Shown piece after piece: positions 41,116 to 53,954 of a DNA stretch of 64,000 nucleotides (the first letter of the stretch is position 1; each line of letters starts with the position of its first letter). Made by a program: the position numbers and the translations under genes. A model generated the notes under the pieces. It was not told the DNA's origin. It did not search any database and was given only the letters and a program-made list of their open reading frames with translations. Origin of the DNA: an uncultured beta proteobacterium (GTDB lineage: Bacteria; Pseudomonadota; Gammaproteobacteria; Burkholderiales; SG8-39); NCBI GenBank assembly GCA_963716855.1, contig CAVQUV010000006.1:39342-103341 (forward strand), in the 5' to 3' direction.

Positions 41116-42765
41116 ATGGCCTCCGGAAAGCCCAATCCCTACGAGCAGGACCTCGACCGGAACCCGGCCAACCACGCTCCGCTGACGCCGCTCACGTTCA
41201 TCGAGTGGAGCGCGTCCGTGTACCCGCACCGCGCTGCGGTGATCCACGGCGCGCGGCGGTACAGCTGGAGCGAGACTTACGCGCGCGCGCGGCGGCTCGC
41301 GTCCGCGCTCGCCCGCCGCGGCATCGGCGCGGGCGACACGGTCGCCGCGATGCTCGCGAATACGCCCGAGATGTACGAGTGCCATTTCGGCGTGCCGATG
41401 GTCGGCGCGGTGCTCAATACCCTCAATACGCGGCTCGATGCGGATGCCATCGCCTTCATGCTCGGCCACGGCGAGGCGAAGGTCCTGATCACCGATCGCG
41501 AGTTCGCCGGCACGATCGCCGGGGCGCTGAAGAAGCTCGACCGGAAGGTGCTCGTCGTCGACGTCGACGACCCGGAGTACGACGGGCCCGGGAGCCGGCT
41601 GGGCGAGGCCGAGTACGAGGCGTTCCTGGCGGGGGGCGACCCGGCCTTTGCCTGGCAGCCGCCGGCCGACGAGTGGCAGGCGATTTCCCTCAATTACACC
41701 TCCGGCACCACCGGCAATCCGAAGGGCGTCGTGTACTCGCATCGCGGGGCGTACCTGAACGGCGTCGGCAACATCCTCACCTGGGGCATGCCGCGGCACT
41801 CGGTCTACCTCTGGACCCTGCCGATGTTCCACTGCAACGGCTGGTGCTTCCCGTGGTCGATGGCGGCGAACGCCGGCACGAATGTCTGCCTGCGGCGCGT
41901 CGACCCCGAGCTGATCTTCCCGCTCATGAAGGAGCACAAGGTCTCGCACTACTGCGGCGCGCCGATCGTCCACTCGATGCTCATCAACGCCGATCCGAAA
42001 CTGCGCGCGGGCATCGGGCACAAGGTCTCGGCCTTCGTCGCCGGCGCTGCGCCGCCCCAGGCGATGATCGAGGGCATGGAGCGGATCGGATTCGATCTCA
42101 CGCACGTGTACGGCCTCACCGAGGTTTACGGCCCGGCGACCGTCTGCGCGAAGCACGACGAATGGGCCGCGCTCGAGCTCGGCCCGCGCGCGGAGCGCAA
42201 CGGCCGGCAAGGCGTGCGCTACCTGCTCGAGGAGGGGTGCACGGTCATGGACCCGGCCACGATGCGGCCGGTGCCCGCGGACGGCGAGACCATGGGCGAG
42301 ATCATGTTCCGGGGCAACGTGACGATGAAGGGCTACCTGAAGAACCCGAAGGCGACGCAGGACGCGTTCGCCGGCGGCTGGTTCCACTCGGGCGACCTCG
42401 CGGTGCTGCAGGCCGACGGATACATCAAGATCAAGGATCGCGCCAAGGACATCATCATCTCCGGCGGCGAGAACATCTCCTCGATCGAGGTGGAGGACGT
42501 GATCTACCGCCATCCGGCAGTGCTTGCCGCCGCGGTGGTGGCAAGGCCCGACCCCAAATGGGGCGAGACGCCGTGCGCGTTCGTCGAGCTCAAGCCCGGC
42601 GCTACGGTCACCGAGACGGAGATCGTCGAGCACTGCCGCGCGCATCTCGCGCGCTTCAAGGTGCCGCGCGCCGTCGTCTTCGGCCCGCTGCCGAAAACCT
42701 CGACCGGAAAGATCCAGAAGTTCATGCTGCGCCAGCAGGCGAAGTCGGCCTCGGCGATCGAGTGA
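41116..42765 (+). CDS. AMP-dependent acyl-CoA synthetase/ligase (medium-chain type)
   Basis: 549 aa from MASGKPNPYEQ... AMP motif YTSGTTGNPKGV, ...GWFHSGDLA..., C-terminal PKTSTGKIQK. Confidence 0.9.
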   Translation: MASGKPNPYEQDLDRNPANHAPLTPLTFIEWSASVYPHRAAVIHGARRYSWSETYARARRLASALARRGIGAGDTVAAMLANTPEMYECHFGVPMVGAVLNTLNTRLDADAIAFMLGHGEAKVLITDREFAGTIAGALKKLDRKVLVVDVDDPEYDGPGSRLGEAEYEAFLAGGDPAFAWQPPADEWQAISLNYTSGTTGNPKGVVYSHRGAYLNGVGNILTWGMPRHSVYLWTLPMFHCNGWCFPWSMAANAGTNVCLRRVDPELIFPLMKEHKVSHYCGAPIVHSMLINADPKLRAGIGHKVSAFVAGAAPPQAMIEGMERIGFDLTHVYGLTEVYGPATVCAKHDEWAALELGPRAERNGRQGVRYLLEEGCTVMDPATMRPVPADGETMGEIMFRGNVTMKGYLKNPKATQDAFAGGWFHSGDLAVLQADGYIKIKDRAKDIIISGGENISSIEVEDVIYRHPAVLAAAVVARPDPKWGETPCAFVELKPGATVTETEIVEHCRAHLARFKVPRAVVFGPLPKTSTGKIQKFMLRQQAKSASAIE

Positions 42766-42780
42766 CCGGAGCATCCGCAA

Positions 42781-43578
42781 ATGAGCGCGCAACCGCAGAC
42801 CGCCGGCCCAGTCCTTCTCCGCGATGACCGGGACGGCATCACGACCCTGACGCTGAACCGTCCTGCATCGTACAACTTGCTCACGTCCGAGCTGATCGAC
42901 GCGCTGCTGTCCGCGTTCGACTCGATCGCGAAGGACGAAAGCGTGCGCGTCGTTGTCCTCGCCGCGCTCGGGAGGGGCTTCTCGGCAGGGCACGACCTCA
43001 AGGAGATCCGCGCGCTCGGCACGCAGCCGAAGATCGCGAGCCTGTTCCAGCGGTGCAGCCGGATGATGGTGTCGATTGCGCGCCTGCCGCAGCCGGTAAT
43101 CGCACGGGTGCAGGGAGCCGCCGCCGCCGCGGGCTGCCAGCTCGTGGCGCAATGCGACCTTGCGGTGGCCTCGGACAGCGCAAAATTCGCCGCGCCGGGC
43201 GTCACGTGGGGGTTCTTCTGCTCAACCCCGGGCGTTGCCATCGGCCGCAATCTCGCGCGCAAGCACGCGATGGAGATGCTCCTGACTGGGGATGCAATAG
43301 ATGCACGTCGCGCAGTCGAGTGGGGGCTTGTCAACCGCGTCGTGCCGGCCGGCGAGCTCGAAGACGCGGTGCTCGCCCTGGCCACCCAGATCCGATCCAA
43401 GCCGCGCTGCACGATCGCAAACGGCAAGCGCGCGTTCTACGAACAGCTCGAGATGGGCATCGAGCGCGCCTACGAGCTGGCCGGCCACGTCATCGCGTCG
43501 AGCTTCGCGCACGAGGAGGGACGCGAGGGCATGGACGCGTTCATCGAAAAGCGTCCCCCGAACTGGGAGGAGCGCTAG
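42781..43578 (+). CDS. enoyl-CoA hydratase/isomerase family protein
   Basis: 265 aa. Crotonase fold: ...VVVLAALGRGFSAGHDLKE...ARVQGAAAAAGCQLVAQCDLAVA... Confidence 0.9.
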   Translation: MSAQPQTAGPVLLRDDRDGITTLTLNRPASYNLLTSELIDALLSAFDSIAKDESVRVVVLAALGRGFSAGHDLKEIRALGTQPKIASLFQRCSRMMVSIARLPQPVIARVQGAAAAAGCQLVAQCDLAVASDSAKFAAPGVTWGFFCSTPGVAIGRNLARKHAMEMLLTGDAIDARRAVEWGLVNRVVPAGELEDAVLALATQIRSKPRCTIANGKRAFYEQLEMGIERAYELAGHVIASSFAHEEGREGMDAFIEKRPPNWEER

Positions 43579-43643
43579 CCGCCGGCGTGCCGGCGGCTGC
43601 GGCCTTTCCGATAAGATCCACTGCACCGAACTGAAAGTCCCCC

Positions 43644-44333
43644 ATGAAAGTCCTCGTTTCGATCAAGCGCGTCGTCGACTACAACGTGAAGGTCCGCGTC
43701 AAGGCGGACGGCACCGGCGTCGAGACGGCAAACGTCAAGATGTCCATGAATCCCTTCGACGAGATCGCCGTCGAGGAAGCGGTGCGGCTCAAGGAGGCCG
43801 GCGTGGCCACCGAGGTGATCGTCGTGTCCTGCGGCATCGCCGCCTGCCAGGAGACGCTGCGCACGGCGCTGGCGATCGGAGCCGACCGCGCGATCCTGGT
43901 CGAGACCGACGTCGAGCTCCAGCCGCTCGCGGTCGCCAAGCTCCTGAAGGCGATCGCGGCCAAGGAGAACCCGCAGCTCGCGCTCCTCGGCAAGCAGGCG
44001 ATCGACGACGACGCGAACCAGACCGGCCAGATGCTGGCGGCGCTGCTCGGCTGGCCGCAGGCGACGTTCGCGTCCAAGGTGAAGATCGCGGACGGCAAGG
44101 CCGAGGTCGTGCGCGAGGTCGACGGCGGCCTGGAGACGGTGGCGATGAAGCTCCCGGCCGTGATCACCGTCGATCTGCGGCTGAACGAGGCGCGCTACGT
44201 CACGCTGCCGAACATCATGAAGGCGAAGAAGAAGCCCCTGGAGATGCTCAAGCCGGATGCCCTCGGGGTGGATGTCGCCCCGCGCCTCGCCACGCTGAAG
44301 GTCGAGGAGCCGGCCAAGCGCAAGGGGGGATGA
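43644..44333 (+). CDS. etfB: electron transfer flavoprotein beta subunit. The conserved C-terminal 20 aa continue in the -1 frame to 44392 (frameshift in a G6 run at 44324-44329).
   Basis: [26 protein letters not shown]... The ORF stops at ...AKRKGG*, but [20 protein letters not shown] (the typical ETF-beta end) follows in the other frame. 749 nt plus 1 gives 250 codons. Confidence 0.9.
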   Translation: MKVLVSIKRVVDYNVKVRVKADGTGVETANVKMSMNPFDEIAVEEAVRLKEAGVATEVIVVSCGIAACQETLRTALAIGADRAILVETDVELQPLAVAKLLKAIAAKENPQLALLGKQAIDDDANQTGQMLAALLGWPQATFASKVKIADGKAEVVREVDGGLETVAMKLPAVITVDLRLNEARYVTLPNIMKAKKKPLEMLKPDALGVDVAPRLATLKVEEPAKRKGG

Positions 44334-44457
44334 AGGTGCCCGACGCGAAGGCCCTGGTCGAGAAGCTCAAGAACGAAGCGAAAGTGATCTGACGCCGCGC
44401 GGCACCACCCGCGTCCTCGTGCCGGCGAACGCCGGGAACCCGACAGCAGAGAGAACC

Positions 44458-45390
44458 ATGCCCATCCTCGTCATCGCGGAACACGACAACGCCCACCTCA
44501 AGGGGGCGACCCTCCACACGCTCGGCGCGGCGCAGGCGATCGGCGGCGACGTGCATGTCCTGGTCGCGGGCGCGGGCTGTGACGCCGTCGCTCGGACCGC
44601 CGCCCAGGCGGCCGGCGTCGCCAAGGTGCTGCTCGCGGACGCGGCGCACTACAAGGACGAGCTGGCCGAGAGCCTCGCGCTGCTCGTCGTTCAGCTCGCG
44701 AAGGACTACGGCCACGTGCTGCTCCCGGCGACGACGTTCGGGAAGAACCTCGGACCGCGCGTGGCGGCGCTCCTCGACGTGGCGCAGATCTCCGACATCG
44801 TGGCGGTCAAGTCGCCCGACACGTTCGTGCGGCCGATCTATGCGGGCAACGCTTTGGCCACCGTGCAGTCCAGGGACGCAATCAAGATCATCACGGTGCG
44901 CTCGACCGGTTTCGACGCCGTCGCCGCGACCGGCGGGGGCGCGACGGTTGAAAAGCTCGCCGCGGGGCCCGACGCGGGGCTCACCACGATGCTGGGACGG
45001 GAGCTCACGAAGAGCGAGCGCCCGGAGCTGACCGCGGCGCGCGTGATCATCTCCGGCGGCCGCGGCATGGGCTCCGGCGAGAACTTCAAGCTGCTCGAGC
45101 CGATCGCGGACAAGCTGAACGCGGCGATGGGCGCGAGCCGGGCGGCGGTGGACGCGGGCTTCGTGCCGAACGACTGGCAGGTCGGGCAGACCGGCAAGAT
45201 CGTCGCGCCCGAGCTCTACATCGCGGTGGGCATCTCAGGGGCGATCCAGCACCTTGCGGGCATGAAAGACAGCCGCGTGATCGTGGCGATCAACAAGGAC
45301 GAGGAGGCGCCGATCTTCCAGGTCGCCGACTACGGGATCGTCGGGGACCTCTTCAAGATCGTGCCCGAGCTCGCAAAGGAGCTGGGTTGA
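44458..45390 (+). CDS. etfA: electron transfer flavoprotein alpha subunit
   Basis: 310 aa from [22 protein letters not shown]... FAD-binding C-terminal half ...[13 protein letters not shown]...[16 protein letters not shown]... Confidence 0.95.
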   Translation: MPILVIAEHDNAHLKGATLHTLGAAQAIGGDVHVLVAGAGCDAVARTAAQAAGVAKVLLADAAHYKDELAESLALLVVQLAKDYGHVLLPATTFGKNLGPRVAALLDVAQISDIVAVKSPDTFVRPIYAGNALATVQSRDAIKIITVRSTGFDAVAATGGGATVEKLAAGPDAGLTTMLGRELTKSERPELTAARVIISGGRGMGSGENFKLLEPIADKLNAAMGASRAAVDAGFVPNDWQVGQTGKIVAPELYIAVGISGAIQHLAGMKDSRVIVAINKDEEAPIFQVADYGIVGDLFKIVPELAKELG

Positions 45391-45424
45391 GCGGCCGCGC
45401 GCCGGAAGCGGCTCGGAGCGAGCG

Positions 45425-47218
45425 ATGAGCGACTACAACGCCCCCCTGCGCGACATGCAGTTCGTGCTGCACGAGCTGGCCGGCCTCGACGAGGTCGCCG
45501 CGCTGCCGGGGTTCGGCGACGCCACGCCGGATCTCGTCGAGCAGATCCTCACCGAGAGCGCGCGGTTCTGCGGCGAGGTGCTGTCGCCGATCAACTGGTC
45601 CGGCGATCAGGAGGGCGCGGTGTGGCGCGAGGGCGAGGTCACGACCCCGAAGGGCTTCCGCGAGGCTTACCGACAGTTCGTCGCGGGTGGATGGAACGCG
45701 CTGCAGTTCCCGGCCGAGTACGGCGGTCAGGGCCTGCCGAAGCTCGTTGCCGCGCCGGTGATGGAGATGTGGAAGTCGGCGAACCTGTCCTTCTCGCTCT
45801 GTCCGCTGCTCACCGGGGGGGCGATCGAGGCGCTGCTGCTGCGCGGCTCGGAGGGACAGAAGCGGGCGTACCTGCCGAAGATGGTGGAAGGCACCTGGAC
45901 CGGCACGATGAACCTGACCGAGCCGCAGGCGGGCTCCGATCTCGCGCAGGTCAAGACAAAGGCGGTGCGCGCTGGCGACCACTACCGGATCTTCGGACAG
46001 AAGATCTTCATCACCTACGGCGAGCACGATCTCGCCGAGAACATCATCCACCTCGTGCTCGCGCGCACCCCGGATGCTCCCGAGGGCGTGAAGGGCATCT
46101 CGCTCTTCGTCGTGCCGAAGTTCCTCCCGAAGTCCGACGGCACCCCCGGCGAACGCAACGACGTGCGCTGCGTGTCGATCGAGCACAAGCTCGGAATCCA
46201 CGCGAGCCCGACGTCCGTCATGGCCTACGGGGACAAGGACGGCGCGATCGGCACCCTCGTCGGCGAGGAGAATCGCGGCCTCGAGTACATGTTCATCATG
46301 ATGAACGCGGCGCGCTTCGCGGTCGGGATGGAGGGCGTGGCGGTGAGCGAGCGTGCCTACCAGAAGGCGCTCGCGTACGCCAAGGACCGCGTGCAGAGCC
46401 GGGAGCTCGGAGGCAGCGGCTCCAAGCCCGCCCCGATCATCCGCCATCCGGACGTGCGGCGCATGCTGATGAGCATGAAGTCCCAGGCCGAAGCGGCCCG
46501 CGCGCTGGCGTACGTGACCGCCGCCGCGCTCGACAAGGCGCACCATCATCCCGACAAGGACGAGCGCGCGCGCAACCAGGCGTTCGCGGACCTCATGATT
46601 CCGGTGGTCAAGGGCTGGTCGACGGAGACCGCGATCGAGGTGGCGTCCACCGGGATCCAGGTGCACGGCGGCATGGGCTTCATCGAGGAGACCGGCGCCG
46701 CCCAGTACCTGCGCGACGCGCGCATCACCACGATCTACGAGGGCACCACCGGGATCCAGGCGAACGACCTGATCGGTCGCAAGGTCGCGCGCGAAGGCGG
46801 GGTGACGGCCAAGGCGGTCTTTGCGCAGATCGACGCGACCGTGGCGGCGCTGCGAGCTTCGGACGCGACCGATCTCGGCGTGATCGGCACGCGGCTTGCG
46901 GCCGGGCGCAAGGCGGCGGCCGATTGCGTCGACTGGATCGTCGCAACGTCGGGGACGGATCCGAAGGCCGTCCACGCGGGCGCCGTGCCGTTCCTCAAGC
47001 TCTGCGGGGCGGTGTTCGGCGGCTGGCAGATGGGCCGCGCGGCGGTGGCGGCGCACTCGCGGCTCGCGCAGGGGGAGGGCGATGCCGCCTTCCTGAAGGC
47101 GAAGATCTCGACCGCGCGGTTCTTCGCCGACCACCATCTTTCGCAGGGCGCCGCGCTTCGCGACGTCGTGCTCGAAGGCTCTGCCGGCGTTCTCGCCCTG
47201 ACCGAAGAGCAGTTCTGA
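45425..47218 (+). CDS. acyl-CoA dehydrogenase, long (~600 aa) form with C-terminal extension
   Basis: 597 aa. [18 protein letters not shown]..., ACAD core ...[16 protein letters not shown]...IFITYGEHD...[13 protein letters not shown]... Confidence 0.9.
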   Translation: MSDYNAPLRDMQFVLHELAGLDEVAALPGFGDATPDLVEQILTESARFCGEVLSPINWSGDQEGAVWREGEVTTPKGFREAYRQFVAGGWNALQFPAEYGGQGLPKLVAAPVMEMWKSANLSFSLCPLLTGGAIEALLLRGSEGQKRAYLPKMVEGTWTGTMNLTEPQAGSDLAQVKTKAVRAGDHYRIFGQKIFITYGEHDLAENIIHLVLARTPDAPEGVKGISLFVVPKFLPKSDGTPGERNDVRCVSIEHKLGIHASPTSVMAYGDKDGAIGTLVGEENRGLEYMFIMMNAARFAVGMEGVAVSERAYQKALAYAKDRVQSRELGGSGSKPAPIIRHPDVRRMLMSMKSQAEAARALAYVTAAALDKAHHHPDKDERARNQAFADLMIPVVKGWSTETAIEVASTGIQVHGGMGFIEETGAAQYLRDARITTIYEGTTGIQANDLIGRKVAREGGVTAKAVFAQIDATVAALRASDATDLGVIGTRLAAGRKAAADCVDWIVATSGTDPKAVHAGAVPFLKLCGAVFGGWQMGRAAVAAHSRLAQGEGDAAFLKAKISTARFFADHHLSQGAALRDVVLEGSAGVLALTEEQF

Positions 47219-47308
47219 CCTTGGGTCACGCTACGAGGGGCCACGCCCCCACGTGCTCGCCGCTGCCTGGAAACCGCCGCCTTCGGCGGCTCATTGCCAT
47301 CGAGCGAC

Positions 47309-47896
47309 TCAGGCCTCGGTCTGCGGGTCACCGGCCTGGCGCCCGACGAACGCGGCCGTCTCGTCGTGCAGGTCGCGCTCGAGCACGCGCAGGGTCGGGT
47401 CGCCCGCAGGCACCGTCACCTTGAATCCGAGGTGTGCAGCGAGGCGGATCATCGGCTGATTGGTTGCGAGGGTCTCGCCGACGAGTCGCTGCAGCCCTCG
47501 TTCCCTTGCGATCTCGACCATGCGCGCGAGGAGCATCCGCCCGACGCCGCACCGTTGCCACGCATCCGCAACCGTCACCGCGAACTCCGCCTGGTGTCCA
47601 TCGGGCAGCAGGACATAGCGTGCCACCCCGATCGGCGTCTCCTGCCCCCCGACGGTCGTCGTGGCGACCAGGGCGACGTCCCGCGAAAAGTCGACGTTGA
47701 CGAGCGTCGCGAGGAGATCCGGCGTGAACCGGACGCCGCCGAAGAAGCGGCTGTAGCGCGTTTCCTGGGACAGCCCCAGCCCGAAGCGCAACTCCAGATC
47801 GGCATCCCCCCGCTGAAGCGGGCGGACCGTCACCGAGTGCGCATGCAGGACCGCTGACGAGCTGGTGAGCGGCAGGTCCAGAGGGTTTTTGTGCAT
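47309..47896 (-). CDS. stand-alone Pat-type GNAT N-acetyltransferase (candidate protein lysine acetyltransferase)
   Basis: 195 aa. ...SQETRYSRFFGGVRFTPDLLATLVNVDFSRDVALVA... resembles the GNAT domain of Pat/Pka enzymes. Acetyl-CoA loop WQRCGVGRMLL. Confidence 0.8.
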   Translation of the reverse strand: MHKNPLDLPLTSSSAVLHAHSVTVRPLQRGDADLELRFGLGLSQETRYSRFFGGVRFTPDLLATLVNVDFSRDVALVATTTVGGQETPIGVARYVLLPDGHQAEFAVTVADAWQRCGVGRMLLARMVEIARERGLQRLVGETLATNQPMIRLAAHLGFKVTVPAGDPTLRVLERDLHDETAAFVGRQAGDPQTEA

Positions 47897-47950
47897 AGCA
47901 GCAAGATACCACGCGAGCGAGCCCGGCAGTGGGTACGGAAGCCTACCTAC

Positions 47951-48030
47951 TTTGCTAAGTAACTCGTTATATACCAGTATGTTAAGAAGTAAAGTTAATC
48001 TTGTTTAAGAGGTTATAGAGCAGAATTCCT
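47951..48030. other. AT-rich intergenic patch (24 G/C in 80 nt by hand count) between the ETF-QO stop and the GNAT start
   Basis: tttgctaagtaactcgttatataccagtatgttaagaagtaaagttaatcttgtttaagaggttatagagcagaattcct. Composition is strikingly unlike the flanks. Probably the GNAT promoter and/or the ETF-QO terminator region. Confidence 0.6.
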
Positions 48031-48043
48031 GTCCTTCCGCGGC

Positions 48044-49708
48044 TCACATGTTCGGGTAGTTCGGCCCTTCGCCTCCCTGCGGGACGACCCAGTTGATGTT
48101 CTGGGTGGGGTCCTTGATATCGCAGGTCTTGCAGTGCACGCAGTTCTGGGCGTTGATCTGGAGCCGCGGATTCCGGCCGTCCTGGTCGCGCACGATCTCG
48201 TACACGCCGGCCGGGCAGTAGCGCTGCTCGGGCGCGTCGTAGAGCGCGAGGTTCACGCCGATCGGCACCGACGCGTCCGCGAGCGTCAGGTGGCTCGGCT
48301 GGTTTTCCTCGTGGTTCGTCGCCGAAAGATAGACCGACGAGAGCTTGTCGAAGCTCAGCTCGCCGTCGGGCTTCGGGTAGTCGACGCGCGGATACTCGGA
48401 GGCCCTGCCGAGCTGCGTGTGGTCGGCGTGGATCCGGAACGTCCACGGCGCCTTGCCCTGGAACACGTATTGGTCGATGCCGGCGTAGATCACGCCGGCC
48501 CACAATCCCTGGTAGAACGACGGCCGGATGTTGCGCGCGCGGTGCAGCTCGTCCCAGAGCCAGGTGCGCCTCAGTTTCTCCGCATAGCCGGTCACTTCGC
48601 CCTGCGCGTCTCCCGCGAGCGCCTCGAACAGTGCTTCCGCCGCGGTCATCCCCGACTTCATCGCGAGATGCGAGCCCTTGATCTTGGGCACGTTGAGAAA
48701 CCCGGCGGTGTCGCCGACCAGCATCCCGCCCGGAAAGGTCAGCCTGGGGATCGACTGGAAGCCGCCTTCGGACAGGGCCCGCGCGCCGTACGCGATGCGG
48801 CGTCCGCCCGCGAGGAAGGGCCGGATCTCGGGATGCGTCTTGAAGCGCTGGAACTCGTCGAACGGGGAGAGGTGCGGGTTCCTGTAATCGAGGCCGACCA
48901 CGAATCCGACGGAGATCAGGTTCTCGCCGAAGTGATACAGGAAGGAGCCACCATAGGTGTCCGAGGCGAGCGGCCAGCCGATGGTATGGAGCACCAGGCC
49001 GGGCCGATGCTTCCCCGCGGGCGCCTCCCACAGCTCCTTGATGCCGATCCCGTAGGTCTGCGGATCGACGCCCTCGCGCAGGCTGAAGCGCTTGAACAGC
49101 GTCTTCGTGAGCGAGCCGCGGCAGCCTTCCGCAAACACGGTCTGCTTCGCGTGCAGCTCGACCCCGCGCTGGAAGCTCCCCGTGTGGGTGCCGTCCTTCG
49201 CGACGCCCATGTCTCCGGTCGCCACGCCCTTGACGCTGCCGTCTTCGCGATAGAGCACTTCCGCCGCGGCGAAGCCGGCGTAGATCTCGACGCCCAGTTC
49301 CTCGGCCTGCTTCCCGAGCCAGCGACAGAGATTCCCCAGGCTGATGACGTAGTTGCCGTGGTTGCGAAAGAAGGGCGGCACCGGCAGCGGGTACGCCTTG
49401 CGCTCGGTGAGGAACAGCACGCGGTCCTCGCGGGCCGGCGTCTCGACCGGTGCGCCTTTCTGCTTCCAGTCCGGGATGAGCTCGTTCAGCGCGCGCGGCT
49501 CGAGCACCGCGCCGGAGAGGATGTGCGCGCCGATCTCCGAGCCCTTCTCGAGCAGACAGACGCTCAGTTCCCGGCCGGATTCGGCGGCAAGCCGCTTCAG
49601 GCGGATCGCGCACGCGAGACCCGAGGGCCCGCCGCCCACGATCACGACGTCGTACTCCATCGATTCGCGTTCCACCGCCAGCTCCCCGGTCTGCGCGCCG
49701 CGCTCCAC
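48044..49708 (-). CDS. electron transfer flavoprotein-ubiquinone oxidoreductase (ETF-QO)
   Basis: ...[25 protein letters not shown]..., C-terminal 4Fe-4S region CPAGVY...[12 protein letters not shown]. Start uncertain: GTG 49708 chosen, alternatives ATG 49771 or 49660. Confidence 0.9.
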   Translation of the reverse strand: MERGAQTGELAVERESMEYDVVIVGGGPSGLACAIRLKRLAAESGRELSVCLLEKGSEIGAHILSGAVLEPRALNELIPDWKQKGAPVETPAREDRVLFLTERKAYPLPVPPFFRNHGNYVISLGNLCRWLGKQAEELGVEIYAGFAAAEVLYREDGSVKGVATGDMGVAKDGTHTGSFQRGVELHAKQTVFAEGCRGSLTKTLFKRFSLREGVDPQTYGIGIKELWEAPAGKHRPGLVLHTIGWPLASDTYGGSFLYHFGENLISVGFVVGLDYRNPHLSPFDEFQRFKTHPEIRPFLAGGRRIAYGARALSEGGFQSIPRLTFPGGMLVGDTAGFLNVPKIKGSHLAMKSGMTAAEALFEALAGDAQGEVTGYAEKLRRTWLWDELHRARNIRPSFYQGLWAGVIYAGIDQYVFQGKAPWTFRIHADHTQLGRASEYPRVDYPKPDGELSFDKLSSVYLSATNHEENQPSHLTLADASVPIGVNLALYDAPEQRYCPAGVYEIVRDQDGRNPRLQINAQNCVHCKTCDIKDPTQNINWVVPQGGEGPNYPNM

Positions 49709-49782
49709 CGCCCGACAAAGGCCAGCGCGACAAGGGCCCGATTGTATAATCCGCGCGCTTCTCCCCACCATCTCCGGCGCCG

Positions 49783-50196
49783 ATGACCCAGCCGCGCAGA
49801 AAGCTCGTGCACACCGAGACCATGCCGATCCGCTGGGGCGACATGGACGCGATGGGCCACGTCAACAACACCGTGTACTTCCGCTACATGGAGCAGGCGC
49901 GCATCAGCTGGTTCGACGCGCTAGGCGTGCGTCCGATCCCGCGCGGCGCGGGCCCGGTGATCATCAACGCGAGCTGCACGTTCATGAAGCAGCTCGTCTA
50001 TCCGGGCGACGTGGAGGTGCGGACGTACGCGGGGAAGGTGGGCAACTCGAGCTTCGAGACCTGGCTCGAGATGCGGCCGAGCTACGACCCGGGAACGGTG
50101 TACGCGGAGGGCGCGGCGAAGGTCGTCTGGGTCGACTTCGACAAAGGGAAGTCGATCGCGCTGCCCGAGAAGATCCGGCAGATCGTCTTGGGCTGA
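49783..50196 (+). CDS. acyl-CoA thioesterase, 4HBT/YbgC family
   Basis: 137 aa. ...[29 protein letters not shown]... hotdog fold. Confidence 0.85.
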   Translation: MTQPRRKLVHTETMPIRWGDMDAMGHVNNTVYFRYMEQARISWFDALGVRPIPRGAGPVIINASCTFMKQLVYPGDVEVRTYAGKVGNSSFETWLEMRPSYDPGTVYAEGAAKVVWVDFDKGKSIALPEKIRQIVLG

Positions 50197-50205
50197 GGAG
50201 GAGCG

Positions 50206-52157
<1,952 letters not shown>

Positions 52158-52161
<4 letters not shown>

Positions 52162-53531
52162 GCGAGCAATCCCGCGACGGTCGCCCGGTACCAGGCCGCG
52201 ATCGCCTCTTCCGCAGAGTGGTGCCCCTCGCGGACCACCCACCGCCCGCCGACCATCACGTCGCGCACGAGGCCACGCCCGCCGGCGAATACGAGCGCAT
52301 CGAGGATCGCATCGTCGCCGCGACCGGCCAGGTCGACGTGCCCGTCGTCGAGCACGACGAGGTCCGCGCGGCAACCCGGGGCAATGGTCCCCGCTGGGCG
52401 ACCCAGTGCCTGTGCGCCGCCGCGCGTCGCCGCCTCCCAGAGCGTTCCGCCCACCGAAGGGCGCGCGGCAGAGGCCGCCACGTTGCGCTCGAGACGGACC
52501 ATTCGCTGGACGTACTCGAGCAGGCGCAGCTCCTCCCCCGGATCGCGCGACACCTGGCTGTCGCTGCCGATGCCCCAGCGGCCGCCGGCGGCGAGAAAGT
52601 CCGGCAGGCGGAACACGCCGTCGCCGAGGTCGGCCTCGGTGCTCGGGCAGAGGCCGGCCACCGCACCGCTGGCGGCGAGATCGGCGAGCTCGGTGTCGTC
52701 GAGATGCGTGCAATGCACGAGGCACCACCGCGCATCGGGCACCGCGTGCTCGAGCAGCCACGCCACCGGCCGCCGGCCGCTCCACGCGACGCAGTCGTCC
52801 ACTTCCTTGCGCTGTTCGGCGGCGTGAATGTGGATCGGCGCGGTCCGATCGATCGCGGTGATCCCGGCGACGAGGGCCGCGAGCTGCGTCGGGCTCACCG
52901 CGCGCAGGGAGTGCGCGGCGACGCCCACGCGCAGATCCGGGCCGGCCTGGGGGCGCGCGCTCCGCACGATCTCGAGGATGCTTTCGGGCGAGCTTGCAAA
53001 ACGCGCCTGCGCGGCATCGAGCGGGGCGGCGCCGAACCCGCCGTGCGCGTAGAGCGCCGGGAGCAGCGTGAGGGCGATGCCGGCCTCGCGCGCGGCGCGC
53101 GCGTGTGCAAGCGCCATCTCGGCCGGATCGGCGTAAGCCGAGCCATCGGGCGCATTGTGAAGGTAATGGAACTCCGCAACGGCGGTGTAGCCGTTCTTGA
53201 GCAACTCGGTGTAGAGCTGGGCGGCGATGGCGCGCGCGTCGTCCGGCCCGAGCCGGGAGACGAATCGGTACATCGTGTCGCGCCACGTCCAGAAGTTGTC
53301 CCGGCCGGCCGCGCCGCGCTGCTGCGCGAGCCCCGCCATGGCCCGCTGGAACGCATGCGAGTGCAGGTTCGGCATGCCGGGGATAAGCGGTCCGGCGGCG
53401 CGCTCCGTCCCGCCGGCGCGAGCGCCCGGCGTCACGGCCACGATCGTTCCAGAGAGATCGATGTCGAGCAGGACGTCGCTCGCCCAGCCTGCGGGCAGCA
53501 GCGCGCGCGCGGCGAAGAGGCGTGCCGTCAT
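52158..53531 (-). CDS. hutF: formimidoylglutamate deiminase
   Basis: 457 aa from [25 protein letters not shown]...[22 protein letters not shown], which matches the HutF N-terminal signature. Amidohydrolase fold. Confidence 0.9.
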
Positions 53532-53914
53532 CGCGCCGGCAGGTATTCGGAGATCTCGATCAAGTTCTGATCCGGATCGCGCAGGTAGACCGAGCGGATC
53601 GGACCGTTCGCGCCGGTGCGCTGGACCGGACCTTCGAGGATCGAGGCACCGAGCGCGTCGAGTCGCGCGATGACGTCGTCGAGCGGTCGGTCCGCGATGA
53701 AGCACAGGTCGAGCGCGCCAGGCGTCGGGCGTTGCGCCTTCGGCTCGAACTCCTTGCCCGCTTCGTGCAGATTGATCTTCTGCCGGCCGAAGCGCAGCGC
53801 CTTGCGGCCGGCGCCGAAGGTCTCGAGGCTCATCCCCAACACGCGCGTGTAGAACTCGATGCAGCGGTCGAGGTGGGTCGTGGTGAGCACGAGATGGTCG
53901 AGATGATCGATCAC
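53528..53914 (-). CDS. VOC (glyoxalase/bleomycin-resistance/dioxygenase) family protein
   Basis: GTG 53914 with GGGAG upstream. 128 aa: VIDHLDHLVLTTTHLDRCIEFYTRVLGM...LCFIADRPLDDV...IRSVYLRDPDQNLIEI. Its stop overlaps the hutF start (ATGA). Confidence 0.75.
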   Translation of the reverse strand: MIDHLDHLVLTTTHLDRCIEFYTRVLGMSLETFGAGRKALRFGRQKINLHEAGKEFEPKAQRPTPGALDLCFIADRPLDDVIARLDALGASILEGPVQRTGANGPIRSVYLRDPDQNLIEISEYLPAR

Positions 53915-53954
53915 GAAGCGGCTCCCTGGAGGCTTCCTAGTATAGTGCGGCCCG

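Noticed and set aside
47274-47290. gccgcc-ttc-ggcggc hairpin between the convergent acyl-CoA dehydrogenase and GNAT genes as a bidirectional terminator.
   Set aside because: The stem is only 6 bp with a 3-nt loop and has no U-tract on either strand, which is too weak to call.
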